A DNA stretch of 64,000 bases from contig OZ361257.1 in assembly GCA_977018835.1 (NCBI GenBank), forward strand, positions 2,232,001-2,296,000, read 5' to 3'. The notes beneath the pieces are model-generated. The model ran no database searches. It saw only the letters and a list, made by a program, of their open reading frames with translations, and was not told the DNA's origin. The position numbers and the translations under genes were made by a program. Source of the stretch: Minutocellus sp. GHC0000111. Taxonomy: Eukaryota. How positions within the stretch are numbered: position 1 is the first letter of the stretch; every line of letters begins with the position of its first letter. Shown here piece by piece: positions 1-10,795 of this stretch.

Positions 1-105
1 TGAGCAAAAATGCAAGGAGACTATGAAACGAGCGAGCACATTGCAAGCATCACGGTGGAATTGTCCATGTATGAAAATTGCAGCAAACGCCAACAAAAAA
101 CTCAC

Positions 106-841
106 CACCATCGGGTTCGAACGTCATGTATTTGGTCTCCCCCTCCTTCTTGAAGTGGCTCACAAATTGACTGTCGCTGGGAATGTCGCTCCAGTAGACC
201 ATTTCGGCTGCTACTTCGTCGGATGGTCCACCGTGCTTGGCACAAGACAGACCTCCGAGTGTATGGCCATCTCCGATATGATTGGATGTGGTCTCTCTTT
301 CATCCTTGGTATTTACATCATCTCCCACTTCCACTCGACGGTCACCACCCTTGTTCAGCCACGGTTTCATACCATTATCTTCGTCATCTCCGTGCCACAC
401 ATGTCCCAAATGATTCTCCAGCTGATGGACCTCCGTCTCCAGGACGTCCATGGCCGTGTTGAAATGTTTGGCCAAAAAATTTTCGGCCGCCCGCACCGAT
501 ACCTGCGCCGCTCCGCCGCCGGTAATGGTGTGGTGGGCAACGTTCAGCCCGATCGTGGCCGTCAGCGTTATGACCAGCAGGAGAATGTACGTGCCGTTGC
601 GCCGCTGGCTCCGCTCTCGGGAGGAACGTCCTGCTGCACCACGCCCACCACGATTGCCACTGCCGGCATTGCCTCCGGCGGAGGCGGAGGACATGGATCG
701 GGAGGGAGGCAGCCCCCCCGCCGCTGCTACCGCCGCTCGTTTTTGTTCCATTTCCCTCTTTCGTCGCTCGGCCTCCTCCAGCCTTTGCAGGTGGGCCGAG
801 GCCCCGTTGCCGTTGCTGGTACCGTTGCTTGCCGGCCCCAT
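106..841 (-). CDS. First exon of a type II membrane protein, probable GDP-fucose O-fucosyltransferase-like (gene continues off the left edge)
   Basis: ATG at 841, single TM (TYILLLVITLTATIGL), EMVYWSDIP...YMTFEPDGG segment recalled from algal O-FucT-like proteins, followed by GTGAG donor at 105. Confidence 0.55.
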
Positions 842-1282
842 CGTTGCCACTGAAGTAATTTTCAAGTGCAAGTAAATGACTGAGCCAAAACGAAACGGAC
901 AAAAGATGTGTTTTGAGAGGGGCGTTTGGCTTCGGATACATCACGATGACGATCATTTTTCATATTGAAGAAACCCGGAGGTGAAAAATTGTGTGAGGCG
1001 TCTGGGAAAGAAAAGACCGCCCAGAACGCTCCAGACGCCATTTGCATCCGAAAGAGCGGAAGAAGCCCAGGCAGATTGACCATAGGCGCTTCATTCATTC
1101 ATCGTGGGCCACGCATCTTTCTCGCGAAGCGAAGACCAACCATAATATTTTACCGACCTCCAAGAGTCATTCATCGCCTTGTCTCATTATCCAGTCTCTA
1201 AGAGCTTGAACACAAACAGTTCATTTCCACTGCGACACAACACACAATAAGCGAGCCATATCACCATTTACCATACCATAGC

Positions 1283-2026
1283 ATGATGATCTCACACAAA
1301 ATTAACTCTCCCATGGGAAGCAACGACCTTGTCAAGCTGGTCGACAACGAGCAATGGGAGCTCGCGATCCAGCAGAGCAACAGCAACCGTCATCTAGCCG
1401 AGGCTTGGAGTGCACGTCCGGGCTTCTTCGAGGGCATCAAGACCAGCGACGTATTGCCCATTCACATTGCTTGCGCGCGTCGTCCGACCGTGGAGGTCAT
1501 CGACGCCCTGTACGAGGCCAACAGGATGAGTCTTCGGCAGAAGGAGTCGGCCTACCGCCGCATCCCCCTGCACATTGCCTGCCGATCCGATGCTTCTCCT
1601 GACGTCGTCAAGAGGTTGCTCAAGTACTATCCCGAGGGAGCCGCAGCCGACGACTCATTGGGCAGATTGCCCATCCATTACCGACTTAGCAACGGAGCCG
1701 ACGACGAGACTATCGATGCCCTTCTCAAGTCCTGTCCCGGAAGTGCGCGGGCGTTTGATCGACGGGGATGGCTCCCTTTGCACGTGGCGGCCAGTGTCGG
1801 CGCCAGTCCGCACGTCATTCAGAATCTCGTCGAGGCCTACCCCGATGCCGTCCTCTTGGCCACCAACAAGGGCAGCACTCCCCGCCGATGCCTCAACATG
1901 GCACCGCACAGCCCCCACAGGGACGCCAACACCGCCTTCCTGCAAAAGATGGAGGTGGAAGAGCGATCCAAATTGGGCCGGAAGGCCGCCAAGCCGAACC
2001 TTGGTTCTGTTCGCGCCGTTGTGTAG
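1283..2026 (+). CDS. Ankyrin-repeat-like protein (diatom type)
   Basis: Repeated LP(I/L)HxAC/A motifs at ~35-aa spacing (LPIHIACA, IPLHIACR, LPIHY, LPLHVAA). Confidence 0.8.
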   Translation: MMISHKINSPMGSNDLVKLVDNEQWELAIQQSNSNRHLAEAWSARPGFFEGIKTSDVLPIHIACARRPTVEVIDALYEANRMSLRQKESAYRRIPLHIACRSDASPDVVKRLLKYYPEGAAADDSLGRLPIHYRLSNGADDETIDALLKSCPGSARAFDRRGWLPLHVAASVGASPHVIQNLVEAYPDAVLLATNKGSTPRRCLNMAPHSPHRDANTAFLQKMEVEERSKLGRKAAKPNLGSVRAVV

Positions 2027-2166
2027 ATTTAAAATGAGCCAAAGAAAAGTAAAGTAAAGTATAGTTTAGTGCGTTGCATGCTCATGCTATGCTCAATATT
2101 TGTTACAGTAATGTGGGATGGCTTCCGCTCTCAATACATTGTGTTGCACCCACGGAATGATATGGC

Positions 2167-3042
2167 TCATGGCCCCCCATTATCAGGGCGATACTTGTTC
2201 CAATCCACATTGTTGAAATCGAAATCAGTATGCTCAAACCAATTCGGCACATCGAACGCAAAGGATATCGGCCCATGCTGCGACACGCACTCTCCCCACG
2301 ACTTGTCTTGACAATCATCGGCCATGAGCGCGAGGGCCAACCAAACCCCAAAGAGTTGCAGCAAGAAGGCAATTATGGCCCACTGCATGCCAACGCACCG
2401 TGGGAGGCAACAAGGGCACTCCTGATAGCACGCATGCGCATCAGAGCCAATCACGGTCCTCTTGAGCAAGCCCGAATAGATGTCATATATGCTATACGTT
2501 CCGATAAACACCCCGTATAGTAAGATCACATAAGTCAGAATCGGACTAAAGGCAAACCATTCAATGAAAATGAATGCCAGTGTGACGACAGCATAACCGA
2601 GATTCAGATACACCATCGTTCGATTGGGGCTGTAGCACAATGATATTAACAGGGCCGCAACGAATGCTGCGGCAGCACCCGTCGCCGTCTTGCGACCACC
2701 ACTCATCACGGTGAACACCATACCCCAGAAGGAGCAACCGATGTAACCCGCAGGAATGATCAAGATGCGACAACCACCGACGTACTCTGTGACGCCTCCC
2801 TCGTTCTCAAAGACACGAATCTTCCTCACATCGCCGCACGTGAGCCACGTTGCAAGGGCGTGGCTCAGCTCGTGCAGGAAGGTGGCGATCATTCGCATTG
2901 GTTTCATGAGGTCGGACTGCCACGTGAGGAAGCAAAGGACGAGGTAGATGGTGAACAGCACGAGAAATGCCGACTGACTGTCATTGCAGCACAAATCGCC
3001 ACCCTCTCCTCCTCCTGCCTGCCCACCACCATCTTCGGCCAT
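2167..3042 (-). CDS. Peptidase M50B-like membrane protein
   Basis: TFLHELSHALA (HExxH), EGG, PAGY and SDA motifs, several TM segments. Confidence 0.85.
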   Translation of the reverse strand: MAEDGGGQAGGGEGGDLCCNDSQSAFLVLFTIYLVLCFLTWQSDLMKPMRMIATFLHELSHALATWLTCGDVRKIRVFENEGGVTEYVGGCRILIIPAGYIGCSFWGMVFTVMSGGRKTATGAAAAFVAALLISLCYSPNRTMVYLNLGYAVVTLAFIFIEWFAFSPILTYVILLYGVFIGTYSIYDIYSGLLKRTVIGSDAHACYQECPCCLPRCVGMQWAIIAFLLQLFGVWLALALMADDCQDKSWGECVSQHGPISFAFDVPNWFEHTDFDFNNVDWNKYRPDNGGP

Positions 3043-3338
3043 TCCTACGCCTGGAGATGGCCTCCGACCTTCTTGGTATTGCTAATGAGAGTGGCGATGG
3101 CCTCGGACCTCAGACCTACGATACTCTGACCTTCCTTGAAGAAGCAATGTGCGTGCAGCGTGCAGTCAAAAACTCCAGTTGAACGAACATCAAGCCAAAC
3201 ACACGGCAAAATTATTTGCGCTTCTTGCATTTTCAAATTTCATCGAAAGCTAAAGAGTGAATGAGCAGCTGGCTGCATCGGCTCGCGACGGAAACAGAAC
3301 ACAAGAATTTCAGAACACCGAAGAGATCAACCGATAAT

Positions 3339-3719
3339 ATGGTAGAACACGACGATAAGAAGGAGGAAGATCACAAGTGCAAATGCCCTGTTAATGAATG
3401 GGCGCGCCATGCCTTGTATATTGGCGGAATGGTTGCCCTACACGCTGGTATGGGCGCCTCGGCGACGGTTGCGAACAAGCACGAGAAATGCCCTGTCTCG
3501 GAATGGGGCCGTCACCTCCTCTACGTAGGAGGGGCCGTAGTTCTTGCCGTCAAAGGACATGCTTGTTGCAATGCCACTACAAGTGGTGATGCCAAATGCG
3601 ACGCGGGCGAAACGGATTCTGAGAGCAAGTGCCCGGTGAATGAATGGTGGAAGCACGCTGTGTACATTGGAGTTCTGACTGGAGCCGTCGCTTTGATCAA
3701 TTCCAGAAAGAGTAAGTAG
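3339..3719 (+). CDS. Small uncharacterised membrane protein with three KCPVxEWxxHxxYxG + hydrophobic repeats
   Basis: Three internal repeats conserved at the amino-acid level; ATG at 3339 (upstream in-frame ATG at 3261). Confidence 0.75.
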   Translation: MVEHDDKKEEDHKCKCPVNEWARHALYIGGMVALHAGMGASATVANKHEKCPVSEWGRHLLYVGGAVVLAVKGHACCNATTSGDAKCDAGETDSESKCPVNEWWKHAVYIGVLTGAVALINSRKSK

Positions 3720-3755
3720 ATCTACATGTAAGCGAGGCAAGACAGGAAATGATGG

Positions 3756-3898
3756 AAACATTTATTGAAGGCACAATCATCAATGTTACGGACGCGAGGA
3801 GGAATTCCAATCTCCATTCACAAACATTTATGAAAGCATTGTGCTATCGGCACAATTATCAATGTTACGGACGTGGGGAGGAAGTCTAATCTCTATTT
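3756..3898. repeat. Imperfect direct duplication, 2 copies, between convergent 3' ends
   Basis: aaacatttat...ggcacaatYatcaatgttacggacgYgRggaggaa...aatctcYatt occurs at ~3756-3818 and ~3822-3898. Confidence 0.85.
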
Positions 3899-3947
3899 GT
3901 AATAATAATCAAATCTATTGTAGCTGCGCTGCATACCAGGAATGTAC

Positions 3948-5207
3948 TTAAACTTTTGGCATCGATCTCATCATCTGCACTTGCGCCATGACCCCCTTCT
4001 GAGCTGCTGTTGACATATGCTGCATTGGCATTATCGGAAAAGGGTGCTCTAGTTCCACGAAGATCTCATCGATTCCGCACAGTACATATGCGGTGAGCGT
4101 ACTCGTCAATACTACCGCAACAGGCGACACATTCGAACTAAATCCCAGTAACGCAAAGGGCAAAACGAGTAGGTACAGGCAGAGCAACCTACTTGTCATC
4201 CGGGAAAAGGTCGGGGGTATCGGTGAGCCCAAGATCCGATTGCAGGTACCGACGACAGTCTCCAAATCATGCAATCGATTTCCCATATGAAGATGCGTCG
4301 ACATCGGCAGGGGTAAACTCACCTCAGTTCCAGTCTGAGCGAGGTAGATGAGACATCGAATGCGACTTAGAATTGCAATGGGTCGTTCCGCATCTTGCTG
4401 GAGGAGCCATTCGGCCTCCTCGGGCGGTAGGACAGTGCGAATCACTTCCTCATCGTCTTCTCCTCGCAGACGGCCTTTGAGACACCACGGAAAAATGGCA
4501 AGGTATCGGCACATCAGGAGAGCAAGAGGACCATTGGTGGGTGCGACATACGCGCAAGCCATGCCCGCAAGGGCTCTTGTGACGCGTGTCATCATGCCCC
4601 AAGCCTTTCGCGTATCCAGGACTCTATCCAAGGCCCGATTTGTCTTCAGTGTTAGCAGGAGCGCAATGGGCGAAGCAAAGGAGGCCAGCAAGCTCGACTT
4701 GAGCGATGCTTTTCGCAGATAATAGGTGATGGCAGGAAACTGTTGAGATACGAAGCACACTACGGCCGACCAGATCGATACCAGCATCACAAAGGGCAGA
4801 ACTGCATGTGCTGTCGTTGACGTATGCCAATTGAAAAAGTGTCGCCCATACCTTCTTAGGCTCCGCTGGCAGTGCCGTTCCCATTCGACATTCGTCCAAG
4901 ACCTGGTGTAGCTCGAGTCGCGCGAGATGAGATAACACGGGGTCGTCAAGGTGTTGTTGACGTGTGTAAATGTCTTGCTGGTGTCATAAAGGAAGGCATC
5001 AATCGCATCTTCATTGTCGAGCCACGAATTGGAAAAGTGAGACTGATCCCCATACCGCCCTGACGCAGTGAACCCGTGAAGAGGGATGAGTGCTCGGCCA
5101 CGGGGCTGATATCTGTTTTGGTGAGAATTGTTAGCATCAACCGCAAAATCTGCGGAACTAATGGCTGAGACGATGGCCGCCACAACAATACCCCTGGTGG
5201 CCACCAT
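3948..5207 (-). CDS. Bestrophin-like (UPF0187/RFP-TM) anion channel, probably plastid
   Basis: LLLTLKTNRALDR...RKAWG, CNRILGSPIPPTFSR and GIDEIFVELEHPF motifs; N-terminal signal peptide from ATG 5207. Confidence 0.85.
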   Translation of the reverse strand: MVATRGIVVAAIVSAISSADFAVDANNSHQNRYQPRGRALIPLHGFTASGRYGDQSHFSNSWLDNEDAIDAFLYDTSKTFTHVNNTLTTPCYLISRDSSYTRSWTNVEWERHCQRSLRRYGRHFFNWHTSTTAHAVLPFVMLVSIWSAVVCFVSQQFPAITYYLRKASLKSSLLASFASPIALLLTLKTNRALDRVLDTRKAWGMMTRVTRALAGMACAYVAPTNGPLALLMCRYLAIFPWCLKGRLRGEDDEEVIRTVLPPEEAEWLLQQDAERPIAILSRIRCLIYLAQTGTEVSLPLPMSTHLHMGNRLHDLETVVGTCNRILGSPIPPTFSRMTSRLLCLYLLVLPFALLGFSSNVSPVAVVLTSTLTAYVLCGIDEIFVELEHPFPIMPMQHMSTAAQKGVMAQVQMMRSMPKV

Positions 5208-5468
5208 CTTGGTCAAAAAGAGCGAAAAATGAGCGGTGGAGGAGAAAAGGTAAGCACTATTTGTGATATGATTAGTGCTTTTGTATTCACAAACGTTTGC
5301 AGGAGGTGGCACTAATATAGACTAAAACTAGTGACCAGCGATATTGCTTGCTTGATCTGCAAAATGCATTGAGACTGATGACTGAGCACCTGCTGACTGC
5401 TTCGTTTCGTTGTTGAAACGGTTCAAAGAGCAATTAGCTACTAGGAAGTAGTATCTCTCGGGCCAACA

Positions 5469-6164
5469 ATGGCACAACAACCGCGAGAGGATCAAGCCGT
5501 GGCGCAATCCTTTGTCGACCTGGTGCAGCGCAAGATCGATGACAAGGTGCTCAAGGCTCCCAGCGGAGAGGAGGGCAAACGGATGAAGGAGAGCGTCATG
5601 TATCCCGGGGCTTATTTGGGGGCAGCGGTGGGGCTGGCTCAGTTCGTCTTCCTGCGCAAGGCGCCGATTGCCATGATGCGACGGGCTGGTCAAACCAACT
5701 TTCAGGAGAGCGCCAAGATGAAGCCGTTTTCATTGCTGTTTGACGCGGTCCTTTCCACCGCCATGGCAGGGACCGTTTGGATCATGGCAACCGACAAAGA
5801 CAAGGTGTTTAAAACTGCATCGGAACTTCCATTGGTTGAAGGTAGATCGGACGTATCGGATGCACTGTGTGATGACTTCATCGCCCAGTACGAAACCATA
5901 CGTCCTGAATTTTGGCAAGATTACAGCGGCGAAAATGGACTGCAGGCAATATCGGACTTTGTGGCCAATTGCAAGAGACGACAGGCATTCGAACGACGTA
6001 TTAGGAGAGAGTCTGGCTTGGGCCCAAACGATCCAGTTTCCATCCCAAGAGGAGGCGTGCCTCGAGATTTCGTGGACGACGACGACACTATTGGAGAAAT
6101 GGCAGGAATAGACTGGGCAAGCACCGAAGGAGAAAGTGCCTGGTCTGGACAAAAGCCGAGCTAG
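5469..6164 (+). CDS. Hypothetical protein with two hydrophobic segments
   Basis: Clean 231-aa ATG-initiated ORF filling the space between identified genes. Confidence 0.7.
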   Translation: MAQQPREDQAVAQSFVDLVQRKIDDKVLKAPSGEEGKRMKESVMYPGAYLGAAVGLAQFVFLRKAPIAMMRRAGQTNFQESAKMKPFSLLFDAVLSTAMAGTVWIMATDKDKVFKTASELPLVEGRSDVSDALCDDFIAQYETIRPEFWQDYSGENGLQAISDFVANCKRRQAFERRIRRESGLGPNDPVSIPRGGVPRDFVDDDDTIGEMAGIDWASTEGESAWSGQKPS

Positions 6165-6323
6165 CTCAGTATCAAAGTTATTGGCCCATGAGGAACTGCA
6201 AATCGAAATGGGACAATACATTTATGAATTACACGTGATCTCGCCAATAGCGGGTACTGATAAAATAGTGTCTAAAGTTAGACATCCAGATCGATTACCT
6301 ACCAAATGTGCAGAACACCTAAA

Positions 6324-7228
6324 TCATAGCTTCGACGTTAACTGCGGAGCCTGTGCCCGGCTCTTGCCTTCCACTTTCCTAGACATAATGGCAACCATAT
6401 CTTTTTCCAACATGGGTGGTTTGTAAAGCCATTGGCCACCATCAACAATCAAGACATCGCCGGTTACGAAGCTCCCGCTTCCTTCGCTGGATAAATACAC
6501 AGCCGACATGCCAATGTCGAATCCCCTTCCCATTCGACCAAGGGGAATACCCTCGGATACCATTTCATTCATGTCGTCTCCATCGATCCCGGGAGACAGC
6601 TTGGTCATACCCGGCGTTCCCTCAATCGGTCCTGGCGCAATGCCGTTGACGCGAATGCCGTCAGCACCCCACTCGAGAGCGAGGCTTCTAGTAATGGAGT
6701 CCACGGCAGCCTTGGCAGCACTTGCATGCACTTGATACCACGTCGCCGGGCACTGCAGCGTTGCAGATATATTAATGATAGAGCCATTGCCACTAGCTTT
6801 CAAGGCCTCGTATGCCGCATGAGACATATTGTATGTTCCAATGGTGTCGATCTCCAATACTGTCCTGAACCCCTTTGGTCGGAGGTCAGAAGCATTGGAT
6901 AGAAAGTTCCCAGCTGCACCATTGATAACAATATCCACCCGACCAAATTTTTCCAACGCGTACGCAACAACATCCACACAGGCGTCAGGATCTCGGACAT
7001 CGCAGGTTTTGTACAAACAAGGCCTTCCGGAATCGGCGGTGAGGGCCTCTGACGCACGTGTGAGAGGAAACCCTCTCTCCGGCCGCAGATGACTGCTCCC
7101 TGACAGCCGTGGCGGAGCAACTGTCGGGTTATCTCGTAGCATATACCCGAGCCGCCACCAGTGACGATGGCAACCTTGCCCTGGAGGCAATCAGGGCGGA
7201 ACGGTGAAACGAGTTGAGGGTTGGTCAT
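6324..7228 (-). pseudogene. DECR2: Peroxisomal 2,4-dienoyl-CoA reductase (SDR), frameshifted near 7063 (true lesion or assembly error)
   Basis: VTGGGSGI...GRR in one frame; NGAAGNFL, HASAAKAAVD, NGIAPGPI and C-terminal PTS1 SKL in another. Confidence 0.85.
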
Positions 7229-7491
7229 GGCGGCTGGTATGGTGAAAAATGAGCATTTATGCAGGCGAAACACTACAAACATTCATAGAAGGCACTAACT
7301 ATGCAGGCATGTAAGTCAGCAGGAGAAGAGTGCTGAAGGTGTGAAGTTGTATTACCTGGTACATCATTAACGAGCTTAGCACGCGCGTGGCAATACATGT
7401 ACTTTCGACGGGAGCATCGATCTGGCTGTATGCTGTTGCCACCAGACCAGAGCGGTCTTTGGGTTCCAGCAAAAAGGTCAGGGGAAGCAAG

Positions 7492-9036
7492 ATGAGGCCA
7501 GGCCACGGGGGCCGCCTCATCCTCCGCCACAACAAGGGCGCACGTCCACCTCCATCACTGCGCGCCCCAAAAGCCTGGAAAGCAGTGGCAGCTGCGGCGA
7601 TTGCTGTTCTTGTTTTGACACCATATCTCCTTTTTGTGCGCATAGGCCTGCTAGTAGCGGATGAGACTTTACCAGAGACTTCCATCAATGATATCTGCCG
7701 CGTTGCCAATGCGATGCAAGCACACCCTCTTCAGTTCGCCTCATACACGGCCAAGGGAGCGCACGATCCCATCGGGTGGCCGGAGCATATTCCTCACGTC
7801 TCCTCGTTGATATGTAATCGAATGCAGGGCGGTAGTAGTACTGACAAAATGAAGCGGGAAATCATCACCTCCTCGGGCACACCGGTTCGGTCCATCTTTT
7901 CATTCAAATCAGCCCGGAGTGGATCGACGTTCTTCACTTCCGTCGTTACAGATGTATTGAAAAATGCGGGTCGGCCAACGAAGAAGTATTGGGAACCAAG
8001 CTTTTGCTCCAGCCTGCACAAGCACAGCTATGGCACATACAGGGAGGCGTCGTATCAGGCCGAATCGCTTCGGAAAATGTTGACGAGCAACTGCACAATC
8101 GATGCTGACTTTGGGTGCCGACCAGCCGGAATTTGCCAAGAAGAAGAAGAAAAAGAAGAAAATGCCAAATCGCTAGCAGAGAGAGGGAGAGAGCCTGCCT
8201 ACATTGTGGCACTGAATCCACGATTTCTCAATCAGAGCATTGATTGGGTGGAGGCATTGGGTGGGATGGGAGATACTCTGCGAATATTTTCTCTTCGGAG
8301 GACCAATCTAATCCTCATGGCATATAGTAAATTTCACCATGGTGGGTGCAAGGTGGGGAAACAATTTCAAAGAAATTGGTACGAAAGTAAAGGCGGCAAT
8401 GGAGCTATGTTAGATGAGGAAGAACTACAGGAGAATGGCATGGGCGGCAAAAGACAATTCAGTTTTGCAACAATGCTAAAGTGCATTCACCACTACGCTA
8501 TAGGCGACCAAGAACTATCTATTTCGACTTCTTTCTCCGCGGCGACGGCATCCAAATCCAGCCTCGACCCATACATCATCCTCTACGAGGATGTTTTGGC
8601 AAGTGGTTCGATTGTGCAAGACGGCATGCTCCGTCATCTTGGTCTTCTTCAGGATGATCGTATGGGGAGTGATGCTTTACGAGATGGGCAAGCTGGCGAT
8701 GGAAACATTTTCCAAAACAATAGGACAGCGACGGCCAAAATTCACTCAGACTCGCTGTGCAGCTATGGTGACGTCGACTGTTCAGAATTGGAAGCGGGGC
8801 TCAAATCATCGAGACCAGATGGATCAATGGTGTATCCCTGCCTTTGGAAGCAGTACATCCGCGCTGACGAGGGGCTAACATGGAGTATGCCTCTCCTTCG
8901 GAATGGTTTGGTGAGCCTCGAAGGTGACTGCTTTCCGCTGGATGCATTGGACGCTGGTAATGACGAAACATCAGGGAAGAGTACCGGTACAAAGAGAAGA
9001 GCCCGGGCTGTTCAGGAGTTGTATCGATTTTCTTGA
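7492..9036 (+). CDS. Type II membrane sulfotransferase-like protein
   Basis: N-terminal TM; 5'-PSB-like KSARSGSTFF...EP; LRRTN..AYS; YED motif. Confidence 0.6.
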   Translation: MRPGHGGRLILRHNKGARPPPSLRAPKAWKAVAAAAIAVLVLTPYLLFVRIGLLVADETLPETSINDICRVANAMQAHPLQFASYTAKGAHDPIGWPEHIPHVSSLICNRMQGGSSTDKMKREIITSSGTPVRSIFSFKSARSGSTFFTSVVTDVLKNAGRPTKKYWEPSFCSSLHKHSYGTYREASYQAESLRKMLTSNCTIDADFGCRPAGICQEEEEKEENAKSLAERGREPAYIVALNPRFLNQSIDWVEALGGMGDTLRIFSLRRTNLILMAYSKFHHGGCKVGKQFQRNWYESKGGNGAMLDEEELQENGMGGKRQFSFATMLKCIHHYAIGDQELSISTSFSAATASKSSLDPYIILYEDVLASGSIVQDGMLRHLGLLQDDRMGSDALRDGQAGDGNIFQNNRTATAKIHSDSLCSYGDVDCSELEAGLKSSRPDGSMVYPCLWKQYIRADEGLTWSMPLLRNGLVSLEGDCFPLDALDAGNDETSGKSTGTKRRARAVQELYRFS

Positions 9037-9493
9037 TTTATTTGGTGGCGTTTCCGGTACTGCTGGTGGTACATGTATTGGTCTAACTACGTACGTAAGC
9101 TACGTAGCCACATGTTACTCTATTACGCAGTCGGTCTTTACTAGCGACGTAGCACGTCGGTAGATCCACGTGGTAGATCCAGTCTACAGTCTACGGTACT
9201 GGCCGTTCGCTCCGCTTGCTTTTCCGGCCCAGTTTCTTGCTTCGTTCAGACGCAATTCAGAAATCGATGACGATTTATGCTCCCAATTCCCACTCTCTAC
9301 CACCACCGCCATGGCCACAAATTATTCATTTGCACATTGCCTGTTGCGGCCTCGCGTATCATCGTTGCATACGCATACTAGCTAGTACCTTGCAACCGCT
9401 GCCTGACTTCACGGCGAAGGAGCGGGTCTTCCCAAAGTGTAGTTCCAACGAGAAGCAATTGATCATTTGCTTAACTAGGAAAGAGGGCAAAAG

Positions 9494-10795
9494 ATGACAG
9501 CAATGCCAATCAAATCAATGACTTTGGCGACTTTGTGCTTGGCCGGTACCGTAAATAAGATAAATGGGTTTGCCGGCATCAGCCCTTTGCCTTCGCCGCC
9601 CACTGCATTCTCTCGCAAGAGTGTGGCTGCATTCATGAGCAGCGAAGAATTTTATGGTAAAAAGGCTGAGACCAGTGCGTCTACCAATAGCGACGGAGAT
9701 TTTACACAACCAGTCCGAGGCCGGAAGCGACGCGCTCTCCGTCGTGCTGTGCAAAAAGTATTCGATACGGCCCTCCTAATTGACGACGATGACGAATCAC
9801 CAAACGGAGATGGGCAGTTCATGACAGACAAGGAGAAGGCCGATGCGGTGTTTGATAGATTGGACACCGACGGGGACGGCACGTTGTCAAGGACTGAACT
9901 TTCCAGCTATGGTCTTCAATTAGGGTCTCTAAATGCCTTGGATGCCAATCGAGACGGGACCATTGATCGGCTAGAATTCGAACGCGCCGTGGAGATGCTT
10001 CAGGGTCGGATCAATACCAGTGGTCAGAAGGTCAGCGACACAGATGAACTCGTGGAGGAGCTCGAGGAGACGCTTGGCGATTTAGAACCGCTCGAACGGC
10101 AAGAGCTACGACTCGGTGGATTCGAACCCTACATTCTGGTCTCCGTTCTAACCGCCCAGGCCTCATTCGAGGAGATTTCCGACGTTGAAATCTCATGGGA
10201 TAAAGTCTTAAAAAACTCGTCCTTGTTGGCTTTTTCCGGAGAGAGCTGGTACAGCATCGGCATCTTGCTTTCAGCGGCAGGTGCTACCATTACCGGCATT
10301 TATGCGACCGTGGTATTCTCCCTTACCATCCTCTATGGCAAGACAGCATTGGGGATGGATCGCGACGACGGCTATTATTCTTTCATGGATGGCACCGGTC
10401 TTCAGCGCTTTCGTGCCTTTCAAGCCTTCACCTATTCGCTCTTTCTCTTCAGCATTTCAGTCTTACTTGAGGTAACCATGCGATGCCCTGAAATCGCACG
10501 TCTCCCCGTCGCAGCAGCATCGGCAGCTTTCCTCTACTTTGGCAAAACGGAATACGATGCTATTATGAAGGCTGCAGCCCCAATGTTCGCTCCCAAACAG
10601 GCAGCCGCTCCAAAGAAAGAGGAGAGTCTGGAAGAGGAATCTACCAATGGCTCGAGGGTTGAAGCAAATGTAAGCGATGCAGTGAATGACGCAGAAGAAC
10701 GAATTGATGAGTGCTACCTAGAGGACTACGATCCAGCAACTGGGCAATGCAAGACAAAAGAGGAAAAGATTGCCGAGAAAGAGTTGAAAAAGTGA
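9494..10795 (+). CDS. Probable plastid-targeted EF-hand membrane protein
   Basis: Signal peptide ending ING|F plus Ser/Arg-rich transit; EF loops DTDGDGTLSRTE and DANRDGTIDRLE; about four TM segments. Confidence 0.75.
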   Translation: MTAMPIKSMTLATLCLAGTVNKINGFAGISPLPSPPTAFSRKSVAAFMSSEEFYGKKAETSASTNSDGDFTQPVRGRKRRALRRAVQKVFDTALLIDDDDESPNGDGQFMTDKEKADAVFDRLDTDGDGTLSRTELSSYGLQLGSLNALDANRDGTIDRLEFERAVEMLQGRINTSGQKVSDTDELVEELEETLGDLEPLERQELRLGGFEPYILVSVLTAQASFEEISDVEISWDKVLKNSSLLAFSGESWYSIGILLSAAGATITGIYATVVFSLTILYGKTALGMDRDDGYYSFMDGTGLQRFRAFQAFTYSLFLFSISVLLEVTMRCPEIARLPVAAASAAFLYFGKTEYDAIMKAAAPMFAPKQAAAPKKEESLEEESTNGSRVEANVSDAVNDAEERIDECYLEDYDPATGQCKTKEEKIAEKELKK

